From contig JACAEN010000026.1 of the NCBI GenBank assembly GCA_013388845.1, forward strand, positions 101,328 through 165,327: a DNA stretch of 64,000 bases, written 5' to 3'. Origin of the DNA: Chloroflexota bacterium. GTDB lineage: Bacteria > Chloroflexota > Dehalococcoidia > GIF9 > AB-539-J10. The position numbers and the translations under genes were made by a program. Below, piece by piece: positions 59,333-64,000 of the stretch. Each line of letters opens with the position of its first letter. Position 1 is the stretch's first letter. The notes below the pieces were generated by a model that did not search any database, was not told where the DNA came from, and worked only from the letters and a program-made list of their open reading frames with translations.

Positions 59333-59490
59333 GTGTTTCCTTCGCCTCCGAAGCCAAAATTAACCTCCATGCCAAAGTGCTTAGCGGCATCAACGACCAC
59401 CACAAAGCCAAAGCCTTGGACTCAGCCACCTGCATTGACGAGCGCATCCTGGGCCGGGTTCCCAGCACCAAAGAGCTTATCGAGGGGTAA
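59333..59490 (+). pseudogene. Degenerate duplicate of the hisB 3' end
   Basis: GCCTCCGAAGCCAAAATTAACCTCCATGCCAAAGTGCT...CCCAGCACCAAAGAG..GAGGGxTAA matches 58431-58601 with substitutions and a 24-nt internal deletion. Confidence 0.9.
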
Positions 59491-59558
59491 GCGAGTACGA
59501 AAATCCTGCTTGGAGAGTGCACACTGATGGGCCCGAATGAGAGAGGAGGGACTGTAAT

Positions 59559-60020
59559 TTGCCACAATACTTGACCAAAGCAGGGGAAGAGCAAATCCGG
59601 AAGATGCTTGACTGCCTAGCGGGAAAGTTTAAGCTCTCTTCTTCGCGGAAGGAAAGCTATTTTCGCAATATGGGTTATTACTTGGATAGGCTGTGGTATA
59701 TAATGATAGAAAGTGAGGAGATACCGTTGGTGGCTTTCGAGATAGAGAAGGGAATTCCAAGTAATGAAAGAATTCGCAAAGACATCTTTAATATAGCGCT
59801 GAGCAGGGCACCAAAGGGTTATCTAATCACTGCTCACAAAAAGATACTAGCAAGTGCACAACACAATGGTGGAACTTGGGAGACTTGGTATAGAGACCAT
59901 TTTTTCGAAGCCTTTGACAACTACCGTAAGCCCTTTGTTTCTTGGTGCGATATACAGGTGGTTGATGCAGACATGTTCCTGTCTTCCGGCTCTCTGAGAA
60001 AATCCGTTGTATATCCATAG
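59559..60020 (+). CDS. Hypothetical protein, possible PD-(D/E)XK nuclease fold
   Basis: SD GGAGG + TTG; LDRLW...VAFEIEK resembles the restriction-like catalytic motif. Confidence 0.55.
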   Translation: MPQYLTKAGEEQIRKMLDCLAGKFKLSSSRKESYFRNMGYYLDRLWYIMIESEEIPLVAFEIEKGIPSNERIRKDIFNIALSRAPKGYLITAHKKILASAQHNGGTWETWYRDHFFEAFDNYRKPFVSWCDIQVVDADMFLSSGSLRKSVVYP

Positions 60021-60043
60021 TATAGTGATTAGTGGGTGCAAAA

Positions 60044-60361
60044 ATGTCCAGATGCCCAGTGTGTGGGAAAGACCCATGTATAAAAATGTTCTTCTTGAAC
60101 AAGGCTCTAGACTTGTATAGGAATGCTTGCGAAGAAGGAGTGGTAATGTGTCCACAATGCGGGAGCGAGGGATATGTTGGTGAAACGGAACCGTGTCCAA
60201 GGTGCCGAGAGCATGGTTATCCCCCGCCAAGCGCAACCTGCCCAATTTGCAAAAGCCGCGGATGGATAAGTCTGGGCTCCAAAGTTTGCCCACTTTGCAA
60301 AGGAGCCGGCGAAGTCAGCCCGGCTGTAGCTGCCTCTTATAGGGCTAGACCGCCTTTGTAG
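60044..60361 (+). CDS. Small multi-CxxC zinc-finger protein (DnaJ-zf-like repeats)
   Basis: CPVC, CPQCGSEG, CPRCREHG, CPICKSRG, CPLCKGAG. Confidence 0.65.
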   Translation: MSRCPVCGKDPCIKMFFLNKALDLYRNACEEGVVMCPQCGSEGYVGETEPCPRCREHGYPPPSATCPICKSRGWISLGSKVCPLCKGAGEVSPAVAASYRARPPL

Positions 60362-60486
60362 TTTGTGGATTATGTCTCACTCGGGCGAATCCTTGTCCTT
60401 CTCCAGTTTGGAGCACTCGGCAGCAGTAGGCAACGGAGCCAAACCATCTATCACAGCTGGTCCTATACAATAGAAAACTGATGCCT

Positions 60487-61119
60487 AGCCTGCGTCGTGC
60501 TATTGGTCAAAGCTATAATGAGCTAGAAATCGACAAAAGTTCGGATTCCCCCCGGCGCGGGGAGCAAGTTTGCTTTTTCCAAATCTTACAGATGCAAAAT
60601 GGCCTGAATTGAGATGTTAGACATCTAGGAGGAGTTAATGCCCAATAGACCAATGAGTCCTGCATTGTTTGAGAGAAAAGCCCGTGATGCTTTCAACAGA
60701 AATGAGGGTACAAACGCGCAAAAGTCTAATGTTACTGTCGGGAAAAAGCAGCATGAGTTTGATTTATACGAACAAGGGGTTGTCGTTGGTGGGATAAGCA
60801 CCTCACCTTGGCTAAATAGAACACCTAAACGCACAAGCAACAGCGGTGGCCAAAACAGGGTGGCGGCGGAATTATTGTGGCTTCACTTTTGCAGGTCTGC
60901 CAAAAGAAAGGTTCTAATTCTCAAAGAGAAAGACATGGCAGACGGCATTAATAACAGATTTGGTGGAAACGGTTTCTTTAGCCCTGCGATAGAAGTTTGG
61001 CTTTATGACCCAACGGCTGATACTATTGCTCACTACTCAGACTTGTAACAGTCCAGCGAGCTTGCGTCGTGCTGTTGGTCGAAGCTATAATGAGCCAGAA
61101 ATCGACAAAAGTTCGGATT
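60487..61119 (+). repeat. 61-bp direct repeat pair (60487-60547 and 61059-61119)
   Basis: AGCyTGCGTCGTGCTrTTGGTCrAAGCTATAATGAGCyAGAAATCGACAAAAGTTCGGATT, 4 mismatches. Confidence 0.9.
60638..61048 (+). CDS. Hypothetical protein, possibly a degenerate PD-(D/E)XK fold
   Basis: SD AGGAGGAG; HEFDL...SPW...AELLWL pattern. Confidence 0.6.
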   Translation: MPNRPMSPALFERKARDAFNRNEGTNAQKSNVTVGKKQHEFDLYEQGVVVGGISTSPWLNRTPKRTSNSGGQNRVAAELLWLHFCRSAKRKVLILKEKDMADGINNRFGGNGFFSPAIEVWLYDPTADTIAHYSDL

Positions 61120-61199
61120 TTCTCCCAAGCCAGGGGACAGCATTCCCAGCCTGCTGCTTAAGCGGTAACTCTACTTTTATATATAATATTGGGAAGGTC

Positions 61200-62000
61200 G
61201 TGAGCAAGGTAATCTTGGTGAACCGTGTCTTCAGGATATTCATCGTGATGCTCTTGGCGTTGCTGGGAGCGGTTTTTGTTTTGTCTTGCAATTCGAATGT
61301 CATTCCAGTCTATACATATAACATAACCAATATCTACCCACATGACCGCAATGCTTTCACTCAAGGACTGATTTTCGACGATGGCTTTCTATATGAAGGG
61401 ACAGGGCTTTCTGGGCAATCCTCGTTGCGTAGAGTGGAGCTGGAGACTGGAGAAATCTTGCAAATTTATGAGCTCCCCGAGCAGTTTTTCGGTGAAGGCA
61501 TAACTATTTATGAGGACAAGATCATCCAGCTGACTTGGCAGTCGCACGTTGGGTTTGTCTATGACAAAGATAGTTTTGAGATACTACAGGAGTTCAATTA
61601 TTCAACTGAAGGCTGGGGTATTACGCATGATGGAGAGCGCTTAATCATGAGTGACGGCACGTCAACATTGCATTTCTTAGACCCGCACACCTTTGAGAAA
61701 ATCGGCGAGATTGAGGTATTTGATAACCGTGGTCCTGTAACCAGACTCAATGAATTAGAATATGTCCAGGGGGAAATCTATGCCAATGTCTGGCAGACTG
61801 ACCGCATCGCAATCATTGCACCTGAGACAGGTCGAGTGATTGGGTGGATAGACCTGGCGGGGCTCTTGACTGAGGAAGACCGTAGCCAGCCGGTCGATGT
61901 TTTGAATGGCATTGCGTATGATGCAGAGAATGACCGCTTGTTTGTGACCGGAAAGTTGTGGCCTAAGCTCTTTGAGATTGAAATAGTTTCTCCAGAATAG
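61200..62000 (+). CDS. Glutaminyl-peptide cyclotransferase (plant/bacterial type), probable lipoprotein
   Basis: YPHD..FTQGL, YEGTG, FGEG, LTW, EGWG, SDG, LNELE, ANVW, VLNGIA, TGKLW; lipobox VLSC. Confidence 0.93.
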   Translation: MSKVILVNRVFRIFIVMLLALLGAVFVLSCNSNVIPVYTYNITNIYPHDRNAFTQGLIFDDGFLYEGTGLSGQSSLRRVELETGEILQIYELPEQFFGEGITIYEDKIIQLTWQSHVGFVYDKDSFEILQEFNYSTEGWGITHDGERLIMSDGTSTLHFLDPHTFEKIGEIEVFDNRGPVTRLNELEYVQGEIYANVWQTDRIAIIAPETGRVIGWIDLAGLLTEEDRSQPVDVLNGIAYDAENDRLFVTGKLWPKLFEIEIVSPE

Positions 62001-62033
62001 CAGAGTTTCCAGGTGAAAGAATTCCCGGCATAC

Positions 62034-62062
62034 TTGACAATAGCTACATACCTGTTTATAAT
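62034..62062 (+). promoter_or_regulatory. Consensus sigma70 promoter
   Basis: TTGACA-17 bp-TATAAT. Confidence 0.8.
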
Positions 62063-62179
62063 ACAAAATACCTAGTAAAGCGAGGTAATTTAAAAAACCG
62101 AGGATTACCGGGAGTTGATGAGTGCCTAGGGGTAGTAGAGGTGACATCGCTCTTGGAGGTAATTCGAGGGTAACGCTGG

Positions 62180-63580
62180 ATGAAAGAGCCGCATACGGTG
62201 CGTCGCTTGGGAGACCTAGCCCGAGCCATCGCTTATCGGCAGGCGTTAATCAGGCATGAGTGCTGGCCCCGCGCCAGACTGGAAGAGTTACAGCAGCGCC
62301 GGCTGGCTGACCTTCTTAATTGGGTAACTCAAAAGTCTCCCTTTTACCGTGAGTTCTGTCGCGCACATCGGCTGGGTCCACCCTATAGTCTCCCGGATTT
62401 CCCGATTCTGGACAAGAAAACCTACATGAAACACTTCGATGAGATTGTCACTGACCCTCGCTTGCGCCTCTCCGAATTACAGGAACACACGGCTCACGTT
62501 TCCGGCGATGAGTATTACCTGGGCAAGTATCGTGTGCTTACTACGGCGGGTAGCTCCGGGCAGAAAACGGTGATGGTCTTCAATCGCAAAGAATGGAGCA
62601 TTCAGGAGGCGGCTAGCATGAGAATTGCCGGCATGATGGGAGTGGTTCCCTTCTCACTGAGACGCCCTACCATTGTGACCATTGGCTCTCCCAGTCCTCT
62701 GCACGATAGTTATCGTCTCCCCCTGAGCATGAATGTTGGCCTTTATCGCTATTACGTGCTACCGGCTACTGCGCCTGTCGAGGAACTGGTTCAGCAATTG
62801 AATTCTATTCAACCCCACGTCCTTCGTGGTTTTCCGTCCATGCTGGGGCTGCTTGTGACAGAGCAGCTTCAAGGGCGCTTGAATATTAATCCCTGTATTA
62901 TCGCGGGTGGTGGCGAACCGCTAACCAGCGAATTAAGGAAGCAACTACAGGCTGCGTGGCCAAAAAGCTCTGTCTTTGACATCTATGGCACTCAGGAGGG
63001 ACTCCGCGCTATGGAGTGCAACCCTAGCCAGGGGCTGCACATCTTCGAAGATTTAGGCATTGTTGAAGTAGTGGATGAGAATAACCGCCCTGTGCCCGAT
63101 GGGACTCTAGGGCATAAGATTCTATTTACCAGCCTCTTCGGCTTTACCCAGCCCGTCATCCGCTACGAAATATCTGATATGGTGGTGCTGGCTTCCGAGC
63201 CATGCCCCTGTGGCCAGCCCTTCCGACGTATTCTGGCCATCAACGGCAGGAATGACGATGTTCTCTACCTTAAAGGTCGAGCGGGAAGACAGGTTGCGGT
63301 TCACCCTGTCCATTTTTGGAACGTTCTGGAAAGCTTCGCGGATATACGGCAGTATCAGGTGGTCCATGAGCCGGATGGTATCTGCTTGCGGCTGATGTTA
63401 GAGGAAGGGAATGGACATGTAGCTCGTAACGTCCGGGAACAGATGGCGCGGAAGTTACGTGCCTTGGGCGTTGAGCGCCCGTCTATCCGTGTGGAACTGG
63501 TCACTGCGCTGGAAGACCGCTCGCGGCATATGGGGAAGTGGAAGAACATCATCTCCAACGTAAACCAATCAAGTCAGTAG
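62180..63580 (+). CDS. Phenylacetate-CoA ligase-like adenylate-forming enzyme (PaaK/CapK family)
   Basis: SPFYR, TAGSSG, GGE, YGTQE, IRYEISD, CPCG, GRNDD. Confidence 0.85.
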   Translation: MKEPHTVRRLGDLARAIAYRQALIRHECWPRARLEELQQRRLADLLNWVTQKSPFYREFCRAHRLGPPYSLPDFPILDKKTYMKHFDEIVTDPRLRLSELQEHTAHVSGDEYYLGKYRVLTTAGSSGQKTVMVFNRKEWSIQEAASMRIAGMMGVVPFSLRRPTIVTIGSPSPLHDSYRLPLSMNVGLYRYYVLPATAPVEELVQQLNSIQPHVLRGFPSMLGLLVTEQLQGRLNINPCIIAGGGEPLTSELRKQLQAAWPKSSVFDIYGTQEGLRAMECNPSQGLHIFEDLGIVEVVDENNRPVPDGTLGHKILFTSLFGFTQPVIRYEISDMVVLASEPCPCGQPFRRILAINGRNDDVLYLKGRAGRQVAVHPVHFWNVLESFADIRQYQVVHEPDGICLRLMLEEGNGHVARNVREQMARKLRALGVERPSIRVELVTALEDRSRHMGKWKNIISNVNQSSQ

Positions 63581-63613
63581 CCGCGGATTAAAAATGAGTT
63601 ACCAAGGTGGTAC

Positions 63614-64000
63614 ATGACGTCTTCTTTATTAGGAGCTATTATACGGGCCCTATTGCCTATCATAAACAAAGTTCACACAATAGCTCTTGGTATCAAGCCT
63701 CTGGGCCGAGACAGCATCATCTGCATTGAGGTAAGACGTCACAAGGGCTGTCCTATCAAGCTGGAAGATGGTTGTGAGGTCAAGCCTGGCGACCTTGTCA
63801 TCAAACTGCATTTGAATAATGCCTGGATTGTCAAGAGATGGCGGTCAAGCTCAGGGTCAGGGATGAGAGGTTTCCCGCGGGGACTTATCTACTACTTCAA
63901 AGAAAGCTTGCAACTCCTGGCCCGAGAAGTAGCTGATGGGAAATATGGTGGCGTCGTTGCCGTATATGGCTGGACTGCCTTTCATATTCACGCCGGGCGG
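63614..64000 (+). CDS. YkoP-like protein, partial (runs off the window)
   Basis: Open frame MTSSLLG...HKGCPIKLEDGCEVKPGDLVIKLHLNN...AVYGWT to the window end. Confidence 0.6.
   Translation, partial: MTSSLLGAIIRALLPIINKVHTIALGIKPLGRDSIICIEVRRHKGCPIKLEDGCEVKPGDLVIKLHLNNAWIVKRWRSSSGSGMRGFPRGLIYYFKESLQLLAREVADGKYGGVVAVYGWTAFHIHAGR

Noticed and set aside
59282..59527. 81-aa Pro-rich ORF
   Set aside because: Off-frame reading of the degenerate hisB duplicate.
61005..61199. N-terminal extension of the glutaminyl cyclase ORF
   Set aside because: It spans the upstream gene end and the direct repeat; the signal peptide begins near 61200.
58602..61200. Integron cassette array
   Set aside because: No recognisable attC sites or integrase; the repeats are direct duplications.

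Overview
Bacterial genomic window. Gene content (double-length HisG with a HisZ-like partner, dnaN without an adjacent dnaA, CFI-box surface protein, unlinked rRNA, repeat families) suggests an anaerobic Chloroflexota (Dehalococcoidia-like) organism; this taxonomy is inference. The dominant theme is a dense, redundant sulfur-assimilation and sulfur-relay region (about 8.5-11.8 kb and 22-48.7 kb). It combines the archaeal/methanogen-type set (SepRS + SepCysS tRNA-dependent Cys synthesis, DUF39 aspartate-semialdehyde sulfurtransferase + NIL-ferredoxin + COG2122, His-type Thi4) with the bacterial set (CysRS, Rrf2/CymR-like regulator, CysK, CysE, MetB-family enzyme). It also holds a Cys-type Thi4, a ThrC-like/NIL/MoeB/MoaD sulfur-carrier module, two IscS-IscU pairs, TusA, DsrE, ArsM, a second MoeB-MoaD, MOSC, FdhD and NadA. 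Elsewhere: an orphan 5S rRNA with its own promoter, a lone Pycsar-effector-like gene, a 16-repeat double beta-propeller surface protein, a his operon ending in an insertion hotspot (duplicated hisB 3' end, MNT-HEPN toxin-antitoxin, nuclease-like cargo), several pseudogenes, small ORFs missed by the ORF track and several families of short palindromic intergenic repeats. I saw no CRISPR array, tRNA, integrase or transposase. Family calls come from motif recognition, not database searches.
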